Shown: positions 15,907 to 29,355, numbered from the stretch's first letter. The stretch is 64,000 nt of DNA from Lingula anatina (GCA_051362555.1 CM120641.1:36462401-36526400), one strand, 5' to 3'. Translations and numbers: made by a program. Notes: a model not told the origin generated them from the sequence alone.

Positions 15907-17573
15907 ATACAGACTTGACATTTAATATGGAATATTTCAGTTTTAAAGGTATACCTAGGTAAAAATGCGTTCTTTTTTCAAAAAATTCAGATCTCATAAA
16001 GGACATCTGACTGGAGAAGTGTGAAGTCAGGTGTGTCGCTGCCAATTAACTGACTACCAAGTTTGTTGCTCTGTTGCCTTGTGTAATATGCAGGGATTTA
16101 ATTGGGCAGTGCTCCTTTGGGCTGGTCAAAGCTTGGCTTTGGCGAAGCATGGTTCTGTCAAAAAAGTATCCATATATCGGCAACTACTGCATAGAAGAAT
16201 TTGAAATTTTGTATGCAAGCGGTCCGTTTTGCAGTGCGTAAAATTAAGTAAGCAGTGTTTTACAAAATTGTTAAGCTGTGCCAGAATGGCGCGAAAAGCA
16301 AAGATATTGCCAGACAGATTATTGTGTCAAACGGAATGGTCTATACAGTTTTATAGAGTAATGCCCAGACTGATGTACCTGCACAGAGACCACGCCCAAT
16401 GCATTGACGTCTTACCACCAGGGTACAGGACTCACTGTCCTTCAGGATATGCTGCCGCAATTAAACCAAAACCACCCAGTCCGTTTTGAATGAGAGGTAA
16501 ATTGTCACCAAAACGCGTTTTTCAAGGCTCTTAGCGAACACCAAACTGGTTTCAGCAGGTTAAGATACCAGATGACCTCTGAGGAAGCCACTGTAGACAG
16601 CATAGCAGCGTAGTCTGTTTCTCTAATGAATTGGGGACCATGACCGTTTCTGGGTAGAACACTGAAACCGCGTGGCTTTCTTTATTGGGGTCAAACTTCA
16701 CCTGTACCGCTAAACTGGTCAAAACAGAGTTTACAGACATCCTGAAGAGGCCTACGACGAAACGTGTGCCACTTCTTAAGTGACCATGGTCATTAACAGT
16801 GTCAGTATTTGGAGTGGATACCACATTGGTGCCAAAACACCAATGGTAGTCATCGATGAAAACCTGAACCAGATCAAATAAAGGAATAATCTGGGAACCA
16901 CTTGACTATCATTTGATAGGGGGCAACTTAGGAACAATTTTAGGTTGCACGATGAGATTGCCGGTTCACACAGAGCACTTTTAATAGCAGGTAACTTACA
17001 GAACCAACAGAATGAGTAGCTACCTTGGTCATCAAAATCGCCATAATTGAACCACATAGACAATATGTCGGTAGGTCATTACTAGCCGTATCAACGGCCT
17101 GCATGTCCTACAACAAAACTGAGCCAAATTGGACAAGTTTTAACCGTTGCCTGGAATTTTATTTCAGATAAAACTCCAAAAACCTATCATAAGGAATGCC
17201 TTGCGGCTTGAAACCTCTGGTAGCAGCAAGATGAGGTCAAGCGTAACAGCGACTGTTGCTGGGACTAGACACTGACATGGGGGGCCTTTGTGGGACGTGT
17301 AACTCTTTTAAAGACAATAATTTGGAAAATATGGAGATCCAGAATATCGCTTTCAATGGTTGTCGTATGACTTAAAATAGGCAATGTATTTTTGTATGCT
17401 TCACTGGCGAATTCAGTTAATGAACTGATGTCACACTGACATCGAATAGATTATCAAAAGTTATTAAAACACGATTTTAATCCTTATTTTCATTTATCAG
17501 TCAGCAAAATAGGAAAAAAACTGATGAATTATGATTTGGAAAAAATATTCCATATTAAATGTCAAGTCTGTAT
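15907..17573. mobile_element. Non-autonomous TIR element (~1.67 kb), 31-bp perfect terminal inverted repeats, possible 3-bp TSD
   Basis: atacagacttgacatttaatatggaatattt at 15907-15937 and its reverse complement at 17543-17573; ttc on both flanks; interior more GC/CpG-rich than host introns; no transposase ORF seen. Confidence 0.75.
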
Positions 17574-17996
17574 TTCATGTTTATACATTTGCCAACTGGC
17601 AAGTTGATACACAAGATATTTTGAAAAGTGTTCAATATTCTCCAAATACTTTGCAAATCTGTTATTTCAAGAAGCCAGTTATTGAAATGTACTGAATGAA
17701 ATGAGAACCCACAGAATTCAAAACCTGTTCTCAAAAAGTATTGTTTTATATATTTGTAAATTTACTCAGTGTATGAAATAATATATATCATAGTCTTGAT
17801 GTGATTCTAAAATTATTTCATTGAAGGCCTTTTACTTTTTTTAAAAATATAGTTTGAAACAAATGAATGCAAAAAGAAAAAAATTAATATTGTAGAAGTG
17901 AGCAAAATGTGAATCTTTGCCATTGAAAAAAGTAGCCTATTTTTGTTCAGACCTGTCAGGTTGTATTGACTGTTTTTTTTAATTTCTTTTTTTTAG

Positions 17997-19882
17997 GGAT
18001 CGTTTGAAGTCATCTCCCACAACAAAACTTTCAGGATATGAAAAATGGAAATTGAACAGATCAGTGGTATGTGTCTTTTAAAACAAGTCATGCATGGTTT
18101 TTGGTTCATTGTAAAGAACCTTCTTTTGTGTGTGTCACTATATGATACACTATACTTTGATTATACAGTATATATTTGAGGTTATTTGAGAATCTTGTTT
18201 AAATTACACTGGATTTGATTATATTGTTAAGTTTTGTTAAGGGTGTGCCATTAAGTACAAAGGGAAATGCTCATCACAATTACACTGCCTGAAAATAAAT
18301 TTTGAGCATATAATCCACACAATATTTTTATTATTGTCATTTCTAGGAATGGGAAAGATTTAAAGTCCGCTTCAAAGATGCTTTGAGCAATCTTGAGGTG
18401 TGGCGGGGGTCCTTCAAGGAGGTGGAAGGTAAGCAAAAACTGTACCGTTATATTGCTTTGCAATAGCATGTTTATCCAGTTCACTGTTTTAAGCTCTGTA
18501 AATATATTGTAAAATTATCATATTCATGCACTAAGGTACTTGTATAACAAGGAGAAACATATGGACACTCATAAAAAGCCCTGTTTCCAGTAAAGTTGGA
18601 AGCTTTTAACTTATTACAACCCATCCCAACAGGCAGGTGATAGGCACCAAACATAATCAAACTCTTGTGTTACCCAGCACAGTTGTGATCGAGGTAAATC
18701 GTGTGCCTTTAAATGGTCTTGGGATAGGACGCCTTTAGATTCACACATCATACTAGCTGGGTTGGTCCAACTCTGCTGGAGATTATTGCTAGAGTACAAT
18801 CAGTGGAATCAGCTTGATCGGCACACGATAGTGAATTACCCCCTAGGGCTCAATAAGGCATTTACAACAATTAAGCCGATTCCACTAATTGTATTTTACC
18901 AAAAATCTCCCGCAACTCTGCTAGGGATTATCACTTTAATTAGCACACGATGGTAAATTACCTCCTAGGCCACGATGAGGCATGTTAACCAATTAAAGTT
19001 GATTCCACTGATTGTACTGGTAGAGTGGACTGACCTAGCTAGTACAATGTGTGAATCTGAGTGTGGTCTTAGTATAATAATGATGGTGATTAGATGGCCC
19101 CATGAGATGGGTTGCATGGTCGCACAGATTTATGTACGTGTTCCACCATTGCTCACCTGCACATACATCTGCATGTACAAAAATGTGTCCAGAAAGCCTC
19201 ATATACAAATGCTGTATTCCACAATGAAAGATGTCACTGAAGAATTACTTCATTATTTTTCTAGATAGTGGAAGTTTAAAGACACGTACATCTTTTATAG
19301 AGTTGAAAAAGTTGTCAAATAATGTAGTACAGTGTACTGTCTGGTTTGTAGATTTTACAATTTGCCTTGTAAATATTTGGTGACTTTGCAAATATGGTTT
19401 TAACAAAATTAATTGACCAGTGTTTAAATTGGAGGAAGATACAAGCAAGATTCTTTTTCATTTCAGGTCATTTTGGTACTGGCATCATGTCCTACTTTCG
19501 CTTTGTGAAGTGGATCTTCTTTTTGAACGTCTACATAGCAGTCATAACATTCTGTGTTATCACATTGCCCCATTTGATACTTGAGCCCCATGATTTTTTG
19601 GCCACTGTTGCTGTTACACCTAGCTCTTCCCAACAGGCTGGTGACAATATGACCAATGTCACTATGACCACTGAATCTCTGACCACCCTCACCATGACTA
19701 CTGTGATTGTCGTCATTGACAATGGGACCAGTTCCAGTAATGACACCAGTGGGGGGACGGCTGCTCTGTCAGGTATCATGTTTATATTTACACTGTACTA
19801 GCAACACAATTTTTCTGTAAAAATCTCTGTTGAAGACGGACGGACGGACGGACACACACACACACATACACACACGCACACG

Positions 19883-19959
<77 letters not shown>

Positions 19960-20581
19960 ATGCACACACTTAGTCACAAGCTATTATATGTTTGATCAAA
20001 ACATACTTGTGGATATAAATTAGGAGAAGATAAAGCATTATTCCCTGTCTGTTGTTTAAAGCTTTTTATAGATTTCTTAATTTTTTTGTGGTGCGTATTT
20101 CATTTAGGAAATAAGGACTATGTAAGTCAAGCACAAGAATGTACTCTGGACTATAGGGTACATCTTCAAAACAAGTCCATGAATGCCACACCAGGAGACT
20201 ATATCTTGGATTTTTTGCAAGGCACAGTATGTGTATAGTCTTATGTTCTGTGGCTGTGTACTGCACCATTTTAACTTGAGTTGTTGTCACCTAAGGGAGC
20301 AGGTTTTTGCTTAAGGTTGCCCTTTAATATTTAAGACTGTTTTATAGAATAAAGATTTTACTAGGATTTTTGTTTATAGTTATTGATCCAGTTTTTATTA
20401 CTAGCATCTAACAATAAGTTATTTATCAATTTCAGGGATTTATGGAAGACACCATCTTGTTTTATGGGCAGTACTTCAACAAGACCTTTCTGGACAAGCA
20501 GACTGTATACAACATGTCCCTAGCTTATCTGTTAGCTACAGCTGCTTATTTCCTGCTTAGTTTGATTCTCATGGTCAGGAG
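17997..20581 (+). CDS. TMC protein, five internal N-proximal exons (TM1-TM2 region) in inverted orientation relative to the rest of the gene
   Basis: Plus-strand exons 17997-18066 (DRLKSSPTTKLSGYEKWKLNRSV), 18347-18428 (EWERFKVRFKDALSNLEVWRGSFKEVE), 19467-19772 (GHFGTGIMSYFRFVKWIFFLN...), 20108-20226 (...YILDFLQGT), 20436-20581 (GFMEDTILFYGQY...YNMSLAYLL...LILMVR). IEGxFGxxxxSYFxFxxW and FYGxY are TMC motifs; GT-AG, in frame, no stops. Confidence 0.92.
18725..19071. mobile_element. Degenerate palindromic MITE in intron
   Basis: agattcacacatcatactagctggg...tacaatcagtggaatcagctt is mirrored by aagttgattccactgattgta...cctagctagtacaatgtgtgaatct. Confidence 0.6.
19853..19957. repeat. (CA)n microsatellite with (CG)n interruption, preceded by (GACG)n
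   Basis: Direct reading. Confidence 0.95.
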
Positions 20582-21434
20582 GTAGGTTTAGAACTTTTGA
20601 TTTTTTAAGTGACACTTAATGACTCTTCTCGGGCTCTTCTCTTTATAAGTGCTGTGGAAATGTTTTGAGTGAAACTCATATTGGATCTGGCACAGTCAGG
20701 AAAAAATAAAAAATTGTGATGGTCAGTATGATGTGTATTTCCCCAAAAAGCCTGTAATCTGTTATTTCATTTTGGGTGAGTTTATATTTCTTTTAAACAT
20801 GTGATAAATATTGTACAAATTTAGATTGTTAATATGATTTTTTTCCAAAAAAAAAAAAAAAAATTCTCTCATTAAATTCAAGCTGAAACACAAAAATGTT
20901 TTGGCATTTGTAGGGTGAAGTGCAGTTAGACAGGAACAGTACAAATTAAGGGGATAAATTACTGGTCACAAAAAAAAAAAAAAAAAGACCAGATATTGTA
21001 TCAGAAACTGCTAAGCCTTAATAAATTGTGTAAGACCCTAAAGTAAACTGTATACAGCACACCAGATATCTAGAACACTTAATCATTCTTTACACTGTGA
21101 TAAGACATGTAACCCAACATAAAGTTAGGCAACACATGTGATTAAATATGGGGCAACAAAGTAGCAAGCATTAATTTTTTTTCTCATTTATACTAGGAGA
21201 TTGAAATCGAGTTAACTACAGCAGTTCTGAAAAAATCAGCATAAACCATACAGTAATTAGATATGAAATAATCATCAAATTTAGTACAATGGCAATGTAC
21301 AGCTATTTTGAATGGTATCCAGTAAATAAGCAAGATCAGGGCTCTAGAACAACATTTCTACATAAGCTATAGCAAAAGAGATTTGTTTCTAGTGAACATT
21401 CCAGGAATTAACTTGTAGTATACTAAAAATTCAC

Positions 21435-21913
21435 CTATGAACTCTGGCATGAAAATTGAGGGATCTGGACTTTCTCTTTCCAGAAACATCGCGCTGCTTT
21501 CTGGTCGGAAGATTATCCAATATTTGGGCCACATCTGCTGAAGGGCCGTCGATATTTGGATTTCTATTAAAATCAAAATGATGCGGTGCTCCTATGGTTT
21601 GGTGTGTAAAGTCATCATCTTCAACATATGCTGGATTGATGACGCCACGATCTGAGAAATTATCACCGTGAAATCTTCCATCTCTTTCCATGTGTGGATA
21701 GGCACCTGGTCTCTCGTTATATCCATCATGTCTTCTCCCACCCAGGTGATCCTGATACCCGCCATTTTGCCACACATTAAAGTTGGGAGGTGGGCCCTGG
21801 TCATGTTCCCTACCATCAGGATACCTCCTACGGGGATCACTTCCATATGGGTCAGGTCCTCTTCCATACCCCCTTCCATGCTGGTCATGTCTACCATAGT
21901 CATGCCCATTCAT
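21435..21913 (-). CDS. TMC N-terminal coding exon, variant B (Gly/His/Asp-rich disordered N-terminus)
   Basis: Acceptor at 21941-21942, ATG 21913, donor after 21435 (phase 2); MNGHDYGRHDQHG...NPAYVEDD...AQILDNLPTRKQR...HARVH. Candidate 5' UTR exons with donors near 22800 and 22965. Assignment to TMC is by position, phase and similarity to variant A. Confidence 0.7.
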
Positions 21914-24900
21914 CCTTAGCTGCTGATTATTTCAAACTGCCTGTTACAATATACGTATCTCCCTGTCTTTGTTGGATAGAAAGGTGTTTTTTTTCCCCGT
22001 TTTATCAAACATGAAAGTCCGGCTTGAACAGACTTCTACATACACAAGGCTTTTCCCTGAAAATTTGAAAATCATTTATATCAGTCTATAGTACATTTCT
22101 AACAAGTGTTATTAACTGATCAAAGTGAAAGTGACGTTGAAGTCTACCTGTACTTTCAACAATACACAATGCAGGGTAATCAGCCCCACCCTCTAATATG
22201 AAACTACACCGAAGCCCCATGAAAGTTCCTGTTTCACAACTAATACATACCAAACTGTCAATAACTTTAACAACTCTGAAATATGATCTTAACTCAGTAA
22301 GGTTAAATAAGATATACCTGTCATGCAGTCCACTTTGTGGGTTATTGTATAATTCTTCAATATTGATCCGTTTCATACACAGAACCACATGCTGTAGCAT
22401 GCATGCACGAGCAGTTTGTATAGCAAGGTCCTGTGGAATGTCCACAGTTGAATAGGCTAATATGGAGTACCTATTGTCAAACTACACACTCGAAGCAGGG
22501 TACCCCCACTGTTTGCTTAATCACATGATCAATAATATGTTTACCATTTCTTAAGCCTGGTGTCACGATTTCGGACTTATTCCAAGAACAGCACCGTCAT
22601 CTATTACTAAGCACTGCTACTCAAGGGTTCCATATCAAGTTACAGCAAATATATAAAATGGATTTAAATCTTGGAAAGGAAGAAACCTAGCTAGCCCTCT
22701 TACTGTTACATTATGAACAGGCAAGTTAATCAAAAGGTATGTATTGTATTATACAAACTTTGCATAGCTTAAATCACAAAGACAATACTTGCTTGCTTAC
22801 CTCTACAACAATCTATTCATCAGGTTTAATCATTTTAAAGCAGTTTACTTGTGTCCTTAACTTGGCTTACAGGCCGAGGACACCAGTTTGAAGGATCTAC
22901 ATTGTAACATGAACATTAAATCAATATACGCATATAACATATCATGGCAAATAACAACTTTTACCTTGTCCTCTTGCACCAAACTCCTACACCAGGCTAC
23001 TACCCCGAAAGACCTTTTACTTGAAGAACACGCTCAACAACACGAAAAGGCACTTTGAGCTCCAAATCTGTAGGTTCCAATCAAGGTCAAGTCCAAAATG
23101 CAATACAGCAGGGGATACTGCAATATGGTTAGGCTTGGCTAAACCACAATCTGACTGAAACACATTTTAATTTGATAACCACCTGTTGAAAAATTAGTCT
23201 TGCGCCATATGCTTTTAAAAATCTTTGCTTAAACAACTACCTACTTATGAAATACTCAGTTTAATACCTTCCTTCATAACCCTTCTCTGTGGTAACTATC
23301 CAAAACCTTTACAAACCAAACATGAATACCCCCCAACCAACAAGGAAGTTTTCTTTGAACTTATCACCTGTCAAGGCATGTTTAATGAAGCAATCAATAA
23401 AACTAAACCAAAGAAAATAGAGTTTGAGATTATAAGATGACGTTTCAATTATACAATAAAATAACACACTAATAGATCAATATCATTTTTTTTTGCTAAC
23501 TTTGGCATTAAATGAACACAATAATCATGACTGTTTGTATAACCTAATAGCCTCTTTAGTGCTGATAAAGTTGAAATGAACTAGACTACACAAATTTTCT
23601 GTTCTTCCAAGTGTTAGAAAATGAATTTACAAGAAAAATTATATGACGCAGTATGGTCCCAGTCAATTTAATGTATATTCCTTCAATGCAGGTTATGTAA
23701 CCAATAATTCAGTTACAATGCATTCATATTTCATGAGCAAGAATGTTAAAGCAATTCATGAAAGTTCTAATTTGGCAGAAATCTTAAAATGTATATTTTG
23801 GTATAAGATGTTATATAAATTATTTAAGATATATAAATATTTTTTTACAGATTTGACTTTACAAATAACTATAACTCTCAGGTTTTCCCAAAATTAAACT
23901 GCCATCAATGTCTTAATCAGTATGGAAACTAATTTATCTGTCTACATTGGACAAGTTTATTTGCAGAAGTTAACCATGCTGTTTGCCAACTCTTATCAGA
24001 CCAATCTGATACTGCATACACAAGACTATGTGGATGTGGAGTTTATAAGTCTCTGGAACAGTTATAGTGGTAGCCAAGCTAAATGACGTAGACATATATA
24101 TGCACATTCAACGCAGACATGATTCACATCATATGGGTTGACAAAGTTCATGTAACTGACTGAATTTGAGCAATATGGGTAAGTAGAACAGCTTGACTTA
24201 AATGCTTTATAGTGCTTTATGAAAACGCCACATTTTGCTCTTACAGCAATTTTGATCTATTACGTCAAAAATAGTCTGTTCACTTTTGGAATAATTTATG
24301 TAGGGCTCTGTTCTCATAAAATACGTAATTAATAAAATTCTGTTATACATATGCATACCACGTAAATACTACTGTTGATCATCAGTGTTTGGTCACTTTA
24401 AGCTCATACGTAAGTGCACTCTAAACACGTTTGATGGGAAACAAAATATTATATCAAAAAATACTAGTCACACTTAATACTCTTGCGGCAACCTGATGGT
24501 GTTATCAATTGACTACAGAAAAATCAATCCACTGATTTTATCTTCTAAAAATTTCAGTATCAATTCATAAACAGCATGATACATTAAACATGGAGGGGGA
24601 TGGGAGAGACAAAGGGTAAGGGCAGTTTTGGAGAGATAAGAGTTTTTATTCATTTAACAGCAAGAGCATCATAAAATCACTGTAAATGGATAGAATTCAA
24701 TATGATAAGGGTGCTCAACTATGTATCAGGCAGTTAAAAATAGGGCATGCCATTTACTTAGAAAAGAACTATCTAGGCCATGCAGTTACTTCTGCAAACG
24801 TGTAGAACGCTGTATTAGTTATGCCAGATATATGCAGGTATAAGGAGCATACATGATTTACCTAGAAAAGCTATTATCTGGAACTACCACACAATTTACA

Positions 24901-25594
24901 TTGAAAAAGTTGGCTGCATTTTCGGAATTAACTGTTGTTAATTTCTCCTACTGCACAATTAGGGTCTATCAATTAACTCCAGTTGTGAAGAAAATATTGC
25001 TTTATTTTTTGCTTCCTATTTTTTTCATTTAATTTCACATTTTATATTCTCATTCTGCAAAACAAATCAGTTCTTTAAAAATGACTATGGGAAAAAACAG
25101 GAAACAGGCAGCACAGAGAATAAAGTGCATGCTACACATACAACTATCACATTCATTTCTAAATACATCTGTTCTGAAACAATGCATTAACTCAACAAAA
25201 AAACACATACTACTCATGACCATTTTATTTTATTACTCAAAAGCAGATAAATACATGTACAATTCATACCAATAAAATATAATAAATATTACAATTATTG
25301 CATCCATGCTGACATGTCTATATTTGTTTTCATAATATGTTGTAATAATTAAGCAATTTAAATAGTATACCTTAGAAAAGAAATTGGATACCATGCAAAA
25401 TAGCCCCCCTCCCCTCCCAAAAAAAAAAAAAAATCAAAATGAGCAACAATTAATTGATGGCAAGGAAAGGAAAATGTGACCGCCTCTAGGGGAGTTGAGT
25501 TGATAAATAATTAAGTTTATCTCAGAACAACCATGTGTTGAATCACACTATTTAATTGTATAACCACGTATTTCTACCATGCACATACTTGTAC

Positions 25595-27330
25595 CTGAAA
25601 TGTTTTTTTAGAGTCAAAGAAGTGGTCATATCCTTGATGGTTTGACGTCGCCTCCAGTTCATTTCCTCATCTTCCACCTCTACTGCACTGTCCACAAGGT
25701 CCACCCCTAAGCCTGATGCGGGGACGCGTGATGTGGGGCCCCTGGTGAGAGTGGTCCTCATGGTGGATCGTCTCCGAAGACTGCTCCTGCTCTGATGGGA
25801 TAGGGAGCGTGCCCGCGACACAGTGAGGTGTGTGTCAGAGAAGGGCTGGTGACTAGGGAGTTGAGCAATGATGTTTGCAGCAGCATGACTGCCGTGGCGA
25901 GGTCCTCTTTGCGTGGTATGAGTATGCGTCTCGGGGGAAGGGAAGACCGAGTCATTACTGCCACCTATAACAGTGAAGTGTAAGTTTATAAGATGTCATA
26001 ACTGGATGAGAAATTACATGACACTATATAGATATTGTACTGCACTGAAGTATCGAGGTTACTTTGATACTTTGTGTAAACAGTAGCAGAGTGAAAAGTT
26101 TGTGCAATACTACAAATGATGAAACAAACTGGTCATTTCTTAGAAGTTATAATTCAAAATGAAACTATCACATATGAATCCATAATCAATAACATTTATA
26201 AAGTAAAATGTAATAAAATCTAATAAATGACCATTCCTTGCTGCAGTAGATGTGTCCTAAGAATTGCTGCTCAACTAACACAGTGTGACTCTTAAGTAAA
26301 GGTAAATAAAATTGTGGAATCCAGAAAGTACTTTCTGTTAAAGATTTTGACATGCTCTTAATATATGATACAATTAGTATAAAAGCACTTCCGGGAGATA
26401 TTTTGTATTTATTTATTGGTTTGCAAAAAATACTTTGTCATTGTAATTATTTTAATTTACACTGATTACAAGTAGGCGCTGGAAAACTGACGGTGCCTGT
26501 CCATTAGTCCAAAACATATCATGTCATGTTTGGGCTATATGTTATAAGTTCAGAAGAGCTTAATTGATGTAAACCATCACATATATATATATATGGTAAA
26601 TGAATGGCCCAGCTACAGATATACACAACTACATGTACATATACTAGTAATGATTTTTAAAAGAGTAACTTGGAAATTAAAAAATATTTACATTGAGATA
26701 CTGTATATCATATAGTAGACGTTCCATACAAAAAGCAAAGAGAATGTATAAATAATGGTATTGCATGAGTCTGTTCCCTTTGTTGAAAACAGCTGTTTAG
26801 ATAGGGCAAAACAAATTACTACTCTCAGGATATCCTGAGCACCCGTGAGGATATAGAAGATTTTGAGTTTAACCCAGTCTTTAAGGGCTAGAAATCCTGA
26901 TAGCTTGCCTGTGGAATGCAAGGAATCGTATGCTTTAAATAGTACAAGTAATGGGTCACTTAATATTTATTTTACATATTTTATCATAACATGTACATGT
27001 ACTGTACTTTGGGTGTGTCCTGTGAAATGACTCCATCATACGACACAGAGATTACAGAATTAAGCGGAAAAAGCAATAGATAACATCGAATTTAGGTTAT
27101 AATTATATATAATAACTTGCGTCCACTTAATAACATCGATAATGTCATACTGTAGCACTAAACCACCGATCGGGCCTGCACGGTCTAGTGACTACATGTA
27201 TGTAAAAATTTAAAGGGTCTCAATAAATTTCAGAAATTAATCAATTACTAAATCAGAGAAAGATCGTCTCACCTGTGTCTACTATATCAGGGGCATATGT
27301 TACGGACCTCCTGTTCTCTCTACTGGCCAT
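25595..27330 (-). CDS. TMC N-terminal coding exons, variant A (2 exons)
   Basis: 27273-27330 (MASRENRRSVTYAPDIVDT, phase 1) + 25595-25964 (GGSNDSVF...ANIIAQLPSHQ...RRRQTIKDMTTSLTLKKHF, phase 2). The final IKDMxxSLxxKKxxR resembles the pre-TM1 helix motif of TMC proteins and joins in frame to the 17997 exon. Confidence 0.72.
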
Positions 27331-27922
27331 AGCATTAGTTATTTCAACCAAACCAAGATAAATAAAAATAATGAATCTTCTGACTAGAACAAACTTTCGA
27401 TACTTCCGGATGTACAAAAAGGCAATTAGCCAAGACAAGCCAGACACCTTGTTTTCTACAGCCTCGAACGTGTTAACCCACCTGAACATTATGCTCACAT
27501 AATGTAAAGTGATCTGTTAACGGAACAACACTCGAAAACGGTGTGCTTTGATCCGTTTTTCTATATGTGTGCTTGTGCGACTTACTTTGAGAGAAAATGA
27601 AAGCGAAAGTCAAAGACGTTTCGGGACAGTGATGCAAATCTCAGCAGCTGATTTTTTCACCAATTTTTGAGTAAACAAAATAGAAATCATATGTTTATTT
27701 CTGGACATTGTCGGCTAATTTTTCGACTGAATGATTCAGACCAATAGTAACTATAATGGGGGGGAGTGGTAACTACGGGTTTATCTTAACTGAAAAGCTC
27801 AAAATGTTGGTCTAAAATGAAGTTCTGCGATATTGTTTTATTTTTTCGCACATGTAAGAAAAACCAAGGAGTTAAAACCTTCTGTTATAACTCCTTGGAA
27901 AAACGAAGTAACAAGTCTAACA

Positions 27923-27925
<3 letters not shown>

Positions 27926-27970
<45 letters not shown>
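27926..27970. repeat. Poly(A) tract (~45 nt)
   Basis: Direct reading; source of the poly-K ORF. Confidence 0.9.
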
Positions 27971-27971
<1 letters not shown>

Positions 27972-29355
27972 AAGCTTGCTCTTAAATGCTTTTAAAACTA
28001 GGTTGGTGCATGGAGAAACAACACCGTCTGTTGGGCTTTCTGTGGTCTTTCAGAATGTACGGCATACCTGTATTAAAGTAAAAAGGAAGATTGTAGTCTT
28101 CGTACGCGTCTAAGCGAAACAAAATTATTCTATTAAAATTGTAATAGAGTTTTTTAAAATAAACATTTGTTTAGCAAAAAGGACCAAGAAAGAAGTTATG
28201 ATGATCTGAGAAAAGAAGCATAATTCAGGCTTTATATTATGGTAAGTAGTGGTGTGTGTTTGAAACTGTGCGTGGACAAGCACAAGACCTGCATAACACC
28301 TGTGCTCCGCCTTGTCACATGGATGTGTCGGTATGTACGCGGCACTGATGAGAAATAAATCACAAAATAAGCTTTTTAAATTTTATTATGCGAGATGCGT
28401 GCATATCTAAAAATTAACAATAGTAATAAAGTAGCCAAAACTGTGACAGTCATTAAAATGAAATTTGAGTAAAAGAGATAGACAGAAAGAAAATGAATGT
28501 AGTCATTATTCGCGCACAAAACTCGCATTTTGGCAAATTTTGTAAAACGCATAATTGCGTACACGAGATTGAGAAACATGTAGACAGGCTAGACAGGTTT
28601 TCATGTGGTTGTCAGAAATTCAAAAATTGGAGCTCGGTATCCAGCCGCTAATTTTTTTTACCAGAGACTTACGTCCCGTTTTTCCTGCGCTGTTCTTGGA
28701 ATGACATCTTTTTACTCAAACGGTTCATAGCAACTTGGACAACAAATCTTGTTTTATTCGTTAAAGATAGCAACTTTTAATTTAGAGAGAAAAGAATGCT
28801 GGCTCAAACTTTGGTCGTTGTCTGCCAAGTCTTGCAGAAATCAGAATGATTTAACTACATGCTGCTTCATGGCAGTAATGAAAAGATTTCAGTAAAATGG
28901 TTTTGTAATGTAAGAAGGTTAACAAGAGACAATTGGATAATTGCTGTTAGAAACACTTTTTTCTTCTAAATACAGCGTGAAGAAGCTAGTGATTTATACG
29001 GGCTTGTCATTTTCGGGTTAGTCTGCACGGTAAACGATCTTGCAAGAAATAACCCCAGTAAAAGGGATATTGTTGACATATACTAATATTGATACTACTA
29101 AACAAGAGGACAGTGAAGTTTTTACAGTTGAATGCTTTCAGTATTTTGTTTTCGGTAAGCTCCTTTTGCATAAAATATGAACACCAAAAGGCTTCAAATT
29201 ATACAAATTGACAAAAGCGAAACCACCGTGTTGAACCGACCTCTTTAAAAATTAGAGGGGGGGGGGGCGCATCATAGTTGTCCAATTCATGGACAAAATT
29301 ACATATTTGATTAAATCTGTCCATGTCTAATAAGACAAAAGTCAAGATGGAAAAG

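Noticed and set aside
16735-16780. Hammerhead-like CTGAAGA-ggcctacgac-GAAAC inside the TIR element
   Set aside because: Stem II is mismatched, no NUH triplet in place (GTG) and no stem I complement; cannot support a ribozyme.
22086-22455. Overlapping 119-aa and 85-aa ORFs
   Set aside because: No recognisable motifs or consistent splice sites; region is probably TMC variant B 5' UTR intron.
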